A DNA stretch of 50,111 bases from Catajapyx aquilonaris (lineage: Eukaryota): contig JYFJ02002830.1 in the NCBI GenBank assembly GCA_000934665.2, positions 1-50,111 of the forward strand, given 5' to 3'. A model generated the notes under the pieces. That model was given only the letters and a program-made list of their open reading frames with translations. It did no database searches and had not been told where the DNA came from. Positions 24,623-37,480 of the stretch are shown here, in pieces (within the stretch, counting starts at the first letter, position 1; every line of letters starts with the position of its first letter). The position numbers were made by a program, and so were the translations under genes.

Positions 24623-27600
24623 TGTATGTGTTAAGGTTGCTTGTTGGTACGGCCTTATTTTGGTCGTTTACACTCTCAGTAGGTTCTGGTCACCTTTTCC
24701 AGCGATTTTGTTCTACTGTGATAACTGAGAAGCATTTTGACTCAGAGCTACTTGGTGCGAGGTATACACTATAGTCTTAACCAGCTGGGATTTGAGGAAC
24801 CCTTTAATGCAGATGATTCGACACCTCCAGTTATTGGAGGCACTTTCACCACTAGCAATGATGTCAACTTTGCTGTCTGAAAAGCTTTTGGTAGATTTGG
24901 AAGCCAAAACAGGAGCAGTTCACTGTGTTGATTTTGATGTCTTCGTCGAAGGAAAATGAACCTCCGTTGGAGAAGCTTGTAATAGAAATACTGGACGAGG
25001 AGTCATTTTTGAAAGAAAAAAAGTGGGTGTCTCTTACGACTAAGTATCGCCTGAGTCTATTTGCCACGAGTTTTCATTGTGTTGTTAGAATTGCGCATAC
25101 TGGTGATCATGATTTACTGGTACTTTTTCAGAAGTTGCCTTACGTATATTGCAAGTTTTGGTTCCCTGAGGCTGATGCACCGTGTGTCTCCTTGGCTCTC
25201 TTGGCTCCACCTGAGGATTGGCCAACACAGTTCGCCTTGTCTTTTCCTTCAGCACTTCTGGTGCACGTGGCATGGGCAAGTACGATTTACGAGACTGATG
25301 TGATGTATGCTGCAGCAAACAACTTGATATTAGCTGGCTTTTCACCAGTATACGTCGTATCCTAGCTTTCTTACAGAGTCATAGTGGTTGTTGTTTACGT
25401 ATGCTACATGGAGCTCCCGGTTGGTGGTTGATGCCCTTGCTCAGATGCCTTGCGTATAGATCGGCAAGAGTGCCGCATTGAGCTGATATTTTTTTATAAG
25501 GCGGCATGTATACTATAGGCCTTCTAATTGCGAGGTTACTGTGGAGTAATATTGTGTTTCTCTAGAAAATGTGACCTGGTAATGTATGAAGATGTCGAGA
25601 GTTCTATTCTGACATATTGACACTATGACACAATATGACATCTGGTCATGTTACGATTATGGACCATCAGATGATGATTGTGTCTCATCGCTTGAGTGGA
25701 CTGGAGTTACTCCGAACGATTCCATGTCTTTTTCGTCTTATTCTGACGGCATTACATGCTCTTCACCTGAAAGCGCTTGAGTTGCTAAGGTGCACCTTGA
25801 CTCAGGATCGTTGAAGTTATCTAATGGCACTAGATGCACATGACTACACGGTCATAAACCACTTTGACTACAACATATTTGTAATGTGGATTTACGGCGG
25901 GCACTGTTGTCGTCTGGATATAATGCGAGTTACAGTCATTTCATCTGGTGGCGGATAGGCCGAATAACAATGTACTACTGACGTTTTGGAAGGTCGGAAG
26001 AAATCGTCGCAGTGTCCCTTTGACTGAAATATTGCAGGCGGAAAACATCAGTTCCTAAAGTCAGGTTAATCTGGTAGCCTATATTAGTAGGTTATTGGTA
26101 TTTCCGCCTTAATTATATTGTGCCCGAAATTTATTCCTTGTATATAGTAAAGATGGCTAGTGTGAGGTTCTAGTCGTCTTGGTCTTTGCAAATTGAGCAG
26201 CTTATCTTCTACATGTGATAGATTTTAGAAATGTTGTATATGTGGGCTGGTAAGAAGGCACTCGTGATGATGGTGAACTAACAGGTGTATTGTACTACAG
26301 TGTGTTGCAATTATTTGCCAAGCACAATGAGCGACCTCGCTATAGAATCCTGATGGTTTGGTACATGAAAGTTAATGCTGATTAAAATATCACCTGCTAA
26401 CATTAGAGTACGTACTGCAAGCATGAAAACACGAGTTTGTGAAACATCCCTTCCGACGTGAATTTCTGCTGAAGAGACACTGGTCGCGGTCTGTGGTTCC
26501 TACGTACCCTCTTCCTCTCCTTTTGTTCTTTTGTGTGGAGATACTGTAGCAGGTCGTCCGGCTGTGCTTATTGCCAGTTCATTACGTATTCTGAATCTTT
26601 CCCTGGTAGTAATGGCGGTACGAATACTTATGTCATATTATGCAGCTTCCAGCATTGCAGATTCCATTGCAGTAACTCAATAATGCAGGATGCTGCTCTA
26701 AGGCCCCACACCCTATTAGAGGACGGGGGAGTCCAACTTAGACACGGGTGAGTCCAGGGTATGATGCCCGTCATGTCTTTTGTATGCCAGGTATGATATT
26801 CACTGCCAATCATAAACATGGGTAGCCACACCATCTTATTGCCAACGAGCACGAGTGTTGCTCGTAACTCACGTTCACATATTTCGTCATGCAAACAACT
26901 TTTGTCGACGCGTCGTCTGACTTGATAACCGATGCTGCAGCTCTCCTCATTTGCCTCTCGAGCGACAGTGGCTGCACTGCTCGACATGGGCTTGCTACAT
27001 GTCATATTTTAGCACAACTTGTCCGCCATTATCCATTGCATGTTAATTATGCATTCCTGATATGCTGTCCTTGATATTTACAGACCTATTAGACTTTCCT
27101 ATGGCTCCACAAAAGCAGTGACAACGCCAAAAACATAGCTACCAAGTCAATTGGTGTAGCTGTTAACTTACATTAACCCTTAATCACCAACGTGAATTTG
27201 CCATACATTGTTTACAGTGTGTGTGTGTGTGTGGCAAGGTGTGTGGCCACATCTCTGAGCCAAGTGTAGCCACTCTGACTCCTCTGTTTTCTCTCCGTAA
27301 TACAAAGTGATCATACGTTATCCCACTTTTATGGAAATGTAAACAAATACGTCGCAACGATGTCATTCACCTTTCATCTTAAAATTTAATTTTGGTTAAT
27401 TTTTGAGAAAAGGTGGATGCGATAGTAATGTGTCATGTTGCCTCTTTGTAATAATTATTGCGCAGAAGAAGGCAGTTTTGTGTCTGCCATTCCATCTTTC
27501 ATCTCCCAAATGTGATTGACCTCCGAACTTGGCCATTTCAATGTTTGGGTGGTACGTGTAGCATAATGTACAATTTTGATTTACATCCACTGCTGACTTA

Positions 27601-29589
27601 TGACTCACAATATTTTAAATGCCTGTAAAGTTAACACGACTAACTCAGTTTGAATGCTGTAAGGTTAAGGGAGGGTAGTGTGAAAGATTCTCTAAATTAC
27701 CATTTCAAAAATGATGTTGCCTTTTTTTCTCGTAATGTTTGGAGACATTACTCGCGACTCATACCTATGATTGTATGACAGCTATAATTAATCTGGGAGA
27801 TCCCGGCTTAATACTTGAATTGTAGGAAACTTCTGGAATGGAAACCACTTTCTCTTCTCTCAAAGACTGGTATTTTTGGTGACATTCTTTCCGCGTGCGC
27901 TGGATGAACCTTGGGATGAACATAAGCGACCGGCTCTCTGACTGTGCATTATGTAGGGCGAACCTCACCCCCAGACGATTTGCTTGTGAAGATCTTGTTT
28001 GCACACAATAGATCCTTATTCCTCGCTTATTTTTACCCATATGAATCACCGTTAACGCCACAATTTTATCGTTCATGTCCAAGGCGCCTGGTGTTCCTAC
28101 TTAATTACTATCTAAATTTGTGTCTTGATATGTTTGTAGTTATTTTGTAACACTCAGGTGGACGACTTAATGTTCGCTCTTCCTTTGCTCTCTCTATGTC
28201 GCACTGTGTTACTGGTAAGTTCATGATTGTGTATTGGGCAGTTGATTGGTAATCTGGTTCTTACAAATGTGAAGAGACGACTAACCCAAGATTAGCCTGT
28301 CCTGGTCCTAAATTGGCTTCAGTCTTTGTGAGCTCCATTATTTCTTACTAAAGCTGGCAATGTGGGCTCAGGAAGGATTATTGGAACTCGCTCTTTATTT
28401 TAACGACAAGCGTCGGAATCGGTTCTCATTTTGTGTGGAGAGGTCTGTGTATCATTATTAATGAGAGGTCAAATGAAGGCAAGGTTGTAGGTGGGTCAAG
28501 TGTAAGTGTGCCCATTTGACTGGTGAACCGTGTGGGGGAGGGAAGGTAACTAGTCTTCATTTCCTCACCTCCTTTAGTAGACCTCGCTCCACGTCCACAG
28601 CCTTCTATTTTTCGGTACTCACCTCAGCACTATGTAAGGATAATTGATTGTACACCAGTAGATTCCTACTAACCGTCTTGGGAAAGGTGGAGTGTCATGC
28701 GCACGTGTCCGCCCTTTCCTATTCGCATTGAATGAGCAATTAATGGCCTAAATACCAAAAGTATACACTCGGAACATGAGTGAACTTGTTCAACAGACAT
28801 TGAGCTACAACCACCGTGGCATGCGCGGTTTACTTTCCCTAATTACGTAATTCCCAAATGTCCCTAACTTCGGGACATGAAATTAACAACCGGTATATGC
28901 AACTCTATAGGCTTCACTTTCATCTCGTCACTGGCAATGGAGCGGATGATACTGGTGTACATGAATAATATTGCGCGGCAACTTAATTCGGTTTTTGCAG
29001 ACGTTGGTAACTTTTCTTCGGCTCGTCCCCGACCTTATTATTTAATGACATTGTATACCTACACTATTGCGGGATTTTGAACTCTCTGATTTCTCTTGGC
29101 AGGTTATTAAAGCTTATTTAGTGGGAAATTTCCTCAATTTGATGGGTGTGACGCGTTCATTGGCCAGCCAAAGAAGCTTCTGACACTCACTTATTTTGAA
29201 GCTGCTTAGCATGCCCGTCACGCATATTATTACGTACACTTCTGGTGAAGATATGGGAATAAGAGTGTATTATTTCTAAGTCATCAAATATGAATCGTGG
29301 AGGCGTTGTATTCACCGCAATGCACTTTCTATCATTTGCTCGGTAATTAAAAGAGAGAGAGAGAGAGACGGTTGGCACATTTCAGCCGAATACTTTCTCT
29401 GAACTTAATCAGTTGGTATAATGATCGGAATTATTTCTGCCTGACATAATATATTCTATATGGGCTTATATGTACAGTACCAAAGGGTGAGAAATGTTTT
29501 GCTTTAACACATTGCTTTTGTAGTGTGACTGCCAATTTCAAAGGGGAGTCGTCGGGAGCGGATCTTCGGAGCTCGAAAGAATCAGGATG

Positions 29590-30450
29590 TCATTGGAGAG
29601 GGTCGTCTATTTCTGGCCTAAATCATCCCCACATGTCAATAGGAGTATAATCGTGTGGCTATTTCTGCGAGTATATTTTCTGATTATAGGGCACCATGAA
29701 CGAGGTTTACTTCTCTTCCAAGAGATCCGCCTATTTCATCATCTTTGTGTCGATCATGGGTGGGTGTTATGGTGAACTTTTCTGCCTCCTGATATTTTCT
29801 TGTCGAAATTTTTCATGGTAAAATATTTTTCAAAATTTAATGGTAGCTATTTTGTTCGTAATTTTTCCAGACATTATGCTTGCTATTGCTACCTATGATT
29901 ACATCGCAGATATAGCCAATATAATAGCAAATCAACTCCTCCATGGCTGTAATGGTGCACGGTTAATCTCGTGTTCAGGAAAATTAATCCGTCTATTAAC
30001 ACGTCCTTGAGATCACACGGATCACGACGCAAGCACCCGTTTCCATCTCGGAAGTTGAGCTGAGAGTCGAGAGAAAATGTATTATGACAATGAAAATAAT
30101 TTTTGTAGCTCATTGTCATTGCAATTGGCTACCTCCTAGAGACCTAGAAGTTCATGTAGTCTTGTAAGAGTATAATTTGAATACGCTGTAGAGAGAGGAC
30201 AGCAGCGAATACATGTTGTCCTGTCGTGTATGCGCATCATCATCCACGCATCCTAAGATGCTATCCAGTCCTCTTCCCACTAAAGAGAGGCCCTCTTCCT
30301 TCTCGAAAGGAGCGGGATGTCGTATACATCCCAAATGCCTCGAACTGGGCTAGATCGAGATGAACCACCGATGATACTACTATTCTGAGCCTCAAATTGG
30401 CCAGATTTTGTGCAGAAATAGTTACATTTTGGAGTGTTTTCAATGCGACG
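29590..30450 (-). pseudogene. Mononegavirales (rhabdovirus-like) L protein N-terminal fragment, endogenous viral element
   Basis: Three motifs in expected order and spacing, across frameshifts: LKDVLIDG (cf. KDVIIGR), YICDVIIGSNSKHNVWKNYE (cf. YxxGDxxLxxxGNxxYxxIKxxE), and DMWG*FRPEID (cf. GxFRxWGHPxID with a short deletion). Confidence 0.6.
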
Positions 30451-33069
30451 TCATGTTATGAGCCGTAGCATTTTAATTACGTACAACCTGTGGCCATAAA
30501 TGACATTTGCCACCAATTTGCGCCGCCTGGTTTGTCTCCTCTCTGATGACACGGCTTGAGCTGTTGTCAATTCCGCGCAGCCAACCACTATCCGTCTGAG
30601 ACTCACCTGTGATGTTATGTTAATGTTTTTTTAATGCTTTGCGGTGTACAGTGTAGAGAGTCGGTATCACGCACTTTTCAACCCGTGGAATGTACTGCAG
30701 TCGCCACCGGCGTAAGTATACGTGGCCGCAGTTTTTCCTTCGTCTTGGGTCTCTGGTCAGACTATTGCCCAAAATCTGCTTTCAGTTGCGCCGGTAGAGG
30801 AATAACCAAGTGAAACGATGATGAGGCTAATAATGTTGCAGCGATAGAACGCGGTTCGTGTGATTGTCGTAATTCTATTTCAGTTAACTTGCAACTTTTG
30901 TGTCTATAAGGAATATTACTTTTATCTTGTTGGGTACCCAGCTTATTGTAAGGTGTAATCGCAAGGCTTAGTGTGAAATCGCTGATTGGAAATCCAGCCA
31001 AGTGAATCTCGGGCTTTGCCTTGTCTTACTGGTATCATCATTGCTCAAGCAAGGCTTTTTGTCCACTCCTGGCTTTGGTGTCATCTCTCTGATTGATTCA
31101 CATATCTACAATGCATGCGCATTATGTCTTTCTCTTGTGCTCTCAGGTGATATAATATTCCCATTGAAAGAAGGTGTGACTCGTGATACCACATTATTAC
31201 TTATTTGTCCGTGCTTATGTCTTTGGCACTTGGACAATGACTCGGTAGACAATTGAGCCAATATAATCGTAGTCTTTCGTCGTCTTTCATCGGTACGCCC
31301 TTGTGGCAGTGTTTCATTCTTCTGCTGCACACACCACGTGAAATGCTCCTTCTATGTAGTGGGCGCGTGTACTTGAGAAAGGTTACAAAACTTGCACCAT
31401 ATTTGCACTGAGGTGAGATTCTCGTCACGGTAATGCCTCTAATGAATCGCAGCGTATCCGCGTGATTTGGCGAGAGCTGTGCTCAATTTGAAGGATATGA
31501 TGTACGCCTGTATTTATTTGCAACTATAGGCTGGCAATGTAGCCCAGGATTATTGGGATTCTCTTTCTACTGTGTATGGGAGCTAGGTGGGTCAGGTGGA
31601 ATTTGGCCAATTTGATGAGTGGGTGGATGGGAAGGGACACGTCCTCTTTCCCTTTCTCTATAGTAGCCGCATCTCCCCCACTCCATATCCGGCCTTGGAT
31701 CGCTCCAGTCTTCTATTTTCGGTACTCTCATCATCACGGCGGGCTTGAACTTACTGAGCAATAGTTGTACCAGTTCATATTGGGCTTTTTTGTTACTCAT
31801 TTAGTCCTTTTCTTATCGCCCTTGTGTTTCTCTCCTAACCCGCAATGGCCTTTGCTGTACGGCTGAGACCACGAGCACCAAGAAAACGCAGATGCCCTCT
31901 CTCGTTTGGTGTTCACCACACGCTGTCCAGTCTACTCATCCCAACGAGCATCACTTCATCCGAGGTATGTCTCCGATGTTGCTTTCAGGACAAGGCGACG
32001 GGCTTTTTTCATACACTTGACATACATTTGATGTACCATGCCTGAAGGCTATTTTGTACCTTTCTATTTAACTACAGGGTGAAAAGTCACTATTCTATTA
32101 GCTTCTAGATCATTTCCCAGCCATGATTGTGTTACAATTTATATCTAATTTCGTAGTAAGACTACAGACTTTTCATAGTCAAGAGGTGGTGATCACAAGC
32201 TTTTGTACTGTAATAACATTTAACAATGGTGTACCTATGATTATATTGCTTGTCGCTGGGAATGGTACATTATGGGTACATGGGTGACTCCTGCTTAATA
32301 TGTCGTTAATTGTGTTATTATTGTAGGTTTTCGCCTTTGAAGTGATGTCTTTGTGCGGGATTACAAATTAATATCACCTTCTGGTGGTTAGTTTCAATAA
32401 ATCACTTACAAGGAATACATTCAAGGCTACGTGAGCACGAGACAAATGTATGTTGTTGGTAACCATAAACGAAGTAGAGGAATCAACGTGTACTCAAACA
32501 ACGGGGTTCACATTGAAACTGATGAAACACAGACGTGAAAATAATTGTTTCTTGAATTTGGTGAATGTTTCATGTTTGCATTATCTTTGGTTACACAAAG
32601 GGAGAAATACGTGTCGCACTTATAAAATAAATAAATGTGCGTATTATAATACAGTGATAGCGCATGTATAGGATATCGCATGGGTTTCAGGAGGGAAGGT
32701 ATGTTTTTAACCCTCTGTTTCTAGGCTTGTGCTGCGCTTCGTAATGATATGCTGCCAGTTGTACTCGTCTTCATAAATTTGTTTCAATAGAGATTGTCTC
32801 TGCCAACCCGGATCATTTTCGATTCGAAACTGGGTCTTTCTCATGACGTGTTAATTGTCTTTACTCTGTTTACACTCCTCCACGTTTCTTTACACTTCTC
32901 GCCATGCCAAAATTTGTTTGGCCCTGGGTCACTCCTCCCAGACCCAGTCAGCGTGTGCCTTAAATCTTCGTGATCCTGGGCTTGGTGAAAGATTGTACTC
33001 CACAAGTTGCACTGCTGGCATGACCGCAGAAGACATTTTGTTGTCAGTTATGATGACACGTCGCAACCA

Positions 33070-33073
<4 letters not shown>

Positions 33074-33138
<65 letters not shown>
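33074..33138. repeat. (TA)n microsatellite
   Basis: Uninterrupted TA dinucleotide run. Confidence 0.98.
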
Positions 33139-33142
<4 letters not shown>

Positions 33143-36100
33143 GAAGATCACCTCCTGGTGCTGGCATGGCATATTGATATAGGCTATAGTTACCGTTTAG
33201 TTACTGAGAACACCGTTCATCCTTCCTATACACTGGACACTCCAGCGCCATGCATTATTGTTATTGCTATTTATATTATGATACCCAGCGCCACCTATGC
33301 CATTATGAAGATGTATTAACCACCAATTTAAAATCGATTTATAAATCAATCGTATGTGAGTCTGGTATCGATACTCCCGTATTTTATGCTCGTAAATTAT
33401 TAAAATAATGTTCGTTTATTTGAGAAGCATTCACACTCTGACCGTCAAGAGTATCAAAAACGGAAGTGCATGTTGTTATAGCAGCTCTTGCTTATCGCAA
33501 CCGTATTTGATATAATTATTGTACCTCGGCCAATGCAATGTGCACAATTTATAATATCGATAACTTTTTGGTCGCACAATATAATGAGAAGTAGCAGACT
33601 GAATTATGAGAGAGAGGCAAAAAACAGTACCGTGGGGAATTTGTTCGTTTTTTGTATAAGGAGTCCTCGGTGCGCCTCAAGTGTCACTTTTCGGTTAGTG
33701 ATTTGATTGTTCTAGTACCGTGTGTGGGTAGCAGGCTATTGTTGTGCCCACATTTAGGCCACATTAATATTTTATTTTTCACAAGCTCGAGTCACTCGGC
33801 GCCGTATGTGAGAGTTCCTCGACTGTTGTTGTCCTAATAAAAACGAAATGTGACATAGTGAACCCGGACATGGATCAAGGGAAGACCAGTCTGCATGTAG
33901 CTTTGTCTTCTTCCATCAGGGTCAAGAGCCTTTGTTCCGCCGTCTTGAATCATGTGCATCATCAGACAGACTGTGGCCGTTGCCTGCTCTGGATTTCTCT
34001 TTCAAATAATTCAGACTTTAGAGAAACCATACTATTCCTAAGCATGTTGACATCCGCAGAAGCGATACCTGTGTACTCTGTAGGCAGTGCAAGTATATAT
34101 CCTTCCATATTATATTTGTATAGCAAGAGAGGAATTTATGTACTAAACATGCCTTTTATTACATTTCCGGCGCGGCTTGCCTGTAATAAATCGTACCGTC
34201 AGTGTCCGCTGTAATTGTGATCTCTGCACGTGTTTCATTTGTAACTATAAGCTCAAGATGTGGCACAGGATTCTCATGACACTCTCTTTTGTCACGATGA
34301 GTTCAAAATAATGCTCGCTCTCGTCTGTATCCGTTCTGGTTTTTTTGTGGTTGTGGCATAAGTGAAGGTATAGCTTGAATGAGTCGTTTGACCTTCACCT
34401 TTTTATCTCAGACTCGTGCTTTGACTGAACTTAGGTCGGTTCGGGCATTGTTGGCCTTCGGGCATTGTTATCGTAAGCCGGTCCCAGTGCATTATTCATC
34501 AAATAGCAGGACAAATGGGGGCAGGAGGAAGTTGGCCCATTTGATTTATGGCGGAATAATCTTAATTTCCGTAAATGTGCTGGGTCCTTATTGTGTCGAA
34601 ATGTGTCATTCACAATATGGTCCGTCTCCCACTGCTACTATTCCAACCACGTGTTGGGTCAGGCCTATTGTTGTGAACTGCTACTCTTCCAACCATGTGT
34701 TATTGGGGCAGGCCTGTTGTTGTGAGCCCATGTTTGTTCATTTTGGCTCATTTGAGCAGCACATCCGCGTAGTAATCCGATTTTAATTTGACCATGTTTA
34801 TTGCACCAGATGAGCACAATGGATGTCTGTTATTTTTGTGCGAGATAACATATTAAGAAGTGCCTGTGTTGTTGCATTTTGCAGTGTTTCAGTTGTGTAG
34901 TGCAGTGCTTGACAATATTCCTGCACCGCACTGCTTAGGCCAGTGGTGTGGGTGGGTGGCATAATAGCAATTTGAGATTGCTCATCTGTAATTCCATTTC
35001 CTGTTCACGTGAGACGTATGGAATATTCACTCACTTCTCATGCCCCTTGGAAATGTGCCTCATGTGTGGTACACTCACTGTATTGCCCCCTGGTCAAGCT
35101 TATTGCGAACTGGAGGTTCTGCTACGACACCTAATTTTCAATGGGTAGAGTAAAACATTTTCCAGTGAAGAAATGGACGTAACCGAAAGAAACTCAGCAC
35201 AGCCTTTCCATAAAGTATTACGAGTCCGTGTGTGCTGCAGTTTCCAGCCCTTGTTAGACTTTTCCGTTGAAGTTGAACATGTCTGACATTCCCTAATGTG
35301 CCTCGTTCCTTGCCCATTCCACTGAGCACACAATTCAACTGGAAATTGTATTACTATTTTACTATAGTAGTGAAATTCAGGATTTTGAAATGCATCAGGC
35401 GCCATTTATTGCCTTCACGAATGTAATGGTGCTGCTTCTTGTACTGCACTGCAAGTAGCAAATGTTCCTATGGGAGGGCTGTGCCCATAATAATGTCTTC
35501 CAACTTCCTTCTGCACTGAGCTAGTCCCATTATGTGCTCTTCTGTCGCTGGCCTTCACCTTCCTCATTCTAGGAAGACGCAGACATATGACGCCGCTTTG
35601 TCAAGTGAATCGCCGAAACACTTTTCTTCACCAATTGTCTACGTAAATGTTGTGGTTCATTTCTCCCCAAGAGAGTTTACATGAGCACTTCTTGCTTGTG
35701 TCCTATTTGTATTGTTACTTCAAATACTTCTACCATTGAATGTGTGGCTTCATGGAAAGGAACATCGAACATGCACGGTACATGTAAGGCTTGATTGAAA
35801 ATCTAAGGTGGTGTTAGTGACATACGATTACTAATTCTCAGCTCGTGTTGTGCATAATGTGTTTGGAGGAGACCTTATTAGGGAAAACTCCAAGTGTCGT
35901 CTCCTGCTGAGCATGGCCTCGTTACCTGTTCTTTCTGGGTCTGATGGTAAGATAAAGAGTATATTTGTGTGCCCGTGATGTACCCTGCACCTTTCCCTTT
36001 CTGTGCATATTATTTTCCTTCACAATTCCTTGTGTCTATCTTACAGACCTATCTTACTCTGTGTGCCTCGATATCTTGAAGCAAGGACGTAGCTACGTCA

Positions 36101-36189
36101 CTCATGTAAAAACTAATGTAAGGAGGTCCATCCCGTCGCATCCTGACCTCTCGAATCGCCTCAGACTGTGACCAGATGTCAAGTAGTAT

Positions 36190-36425
36190 TGATATTTATT
36201 TTTCAAAATATTTACTAATTCTTCGTTTGATTTTTGACGTTCACGTTTCCTTCAGTTTAGGCAGCGAAAGTCCCTCGTCTTCTTCTTGATCATAGGTTGC
36301 ACAGGATGGGGAGCCTCGTCGGTAGTGATCAACGGGATGTGAACCCTGAGATGAAATTATGGTGTGCAGGAAGGACCGATATTAATTGTTGTTCATCAGC
36401 CACAGACGGATCTTATCATGCTGAT
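36190..36425. repeat. Dispersed diverged repeat family K (homolog ~49620-49875)
   Basis: Shared ggatgtgaaccct...tgcaggaaggaccgatattaat...tgttgttcatcagccacagacgga. Minus peptide LISVLPAxxxFIxGFTS. Confidence 0.85.
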
Positions 36426-36599
36426 ATAAGCCTATATACTATAGGAAATGCGTATGTCCTACATATTTACGTAATAAATATATACCGTATGGGAAAATAA
36501 AATTCGGTGAATTAAGTGCAACGTATTGTTCTTGCTCTGATGGTCACTTATTAAAATGCTACATGGCGAATAATTACGCGATCAATTAACCGAGATTGC

Positions 36600-37480
36600 T
36601 CGTGTGGACATGACCTATGGAGAGGGATCCTGGTGCATAAATAAACCGAATACTTTCATGTACAAGCTACTGGCAAATGTAAAATATGACCTTTTGTGGT
36701 GTTCCATTCAGTAGTTGATCTTCACCACGTCTTTGTCGTTGCTTATTTTATCACATCTCACCCATTGTGTTTTGCAAATGCTGTATTTCCACGGGAAACA
36801 GCACTAGAAGAAGTGTCATATTCAATTTAGTGCAAGTAATAACCATAATGTGGGCACGGATATTTGTCTCGCAACGCAGCTCAAAAAAGACCGAAGGATT
36901 GTGCTTTGCTTCTAAACTTTGGTCTGTCTCAGGTAATCCCTGCTGGTCGTTTTCCGTCCTATTTATTCGGTGTCAAATTGTCAACTCCACGCTCTTGGCC
37001 CCTTCTTCGCTCTTTGAGGCTCCCTACATGTGGCCTCGAGTTCCAAGTAGTCAAGTTAAAAATAAAATAAAAAACCGACGAGAAATATTGGCTTCACTTG
37101 ACAAGATGGCAATGAAAATCAATCGATGCCGTTACTTGTAATTGAGAACATATGAAGGCACTAGTAAGGTATGTCAGATGGACAAGTCACAAGTAGGAAA
37201 AGCATACATCCTAATTAGCATATCAAATGGTCTAATTCCAAATTCTCTACTTTTCTCTCGCTTAATGATTATGAAGGAGCTGGACATAGAGGATGAAGGC
37301 CAGGCAGTAAAGGAGAAGCATGCTGCCTGCTCGACATGACGGGATCCAAGGCAGCGCTTATTAAGACTCTGCTGTACATTTTTTTTTTTCGTGAGAACGT
37401 TTCCGTCTTTATATCTGCTCAATTTTCTGTCATTGCTGAGAGAGCATGGTATTCATACAGCATGACAATGGAAATAATTG
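36600..37480 (-). pseudogene. Possible Mononegavirales-like L RdRp fragment (pre-motif A/F through motif A)
   Basis: MLYEYHALS...SRVLISAAL, then FIIIKREKSREFGIRPFDMLIRMYAFPTCDLSI*HTLLVPSY (cf. KERELKxxGRxFxxMxxxxRxYFxxTExLIxxHxVP), then KINY-EWN...R...YMKVFGL (cf. IDYEKWN). F-to-A spacing is too long, implying an internal insertion. Confidence 0.45.

Noticed and set aside
24925..25365. 146-aa plus-strand ORF, or a PolB/parvovirus-like reading of the minus strand
   Set aside because: No recognisable domain. AAAYITS and GGAKRAK are single short strings without supporting motifs.
29610..29650. LLTCGDDL as RdRp motif C
   Set aside because: No motif A or B upstream. An alternative frame fits the L-protein N-terminal motifs better.
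32855..33319. 154-aa ORF with IY repeat
   Set aside because: Artefact of reading through the (TA)n microsatellite.
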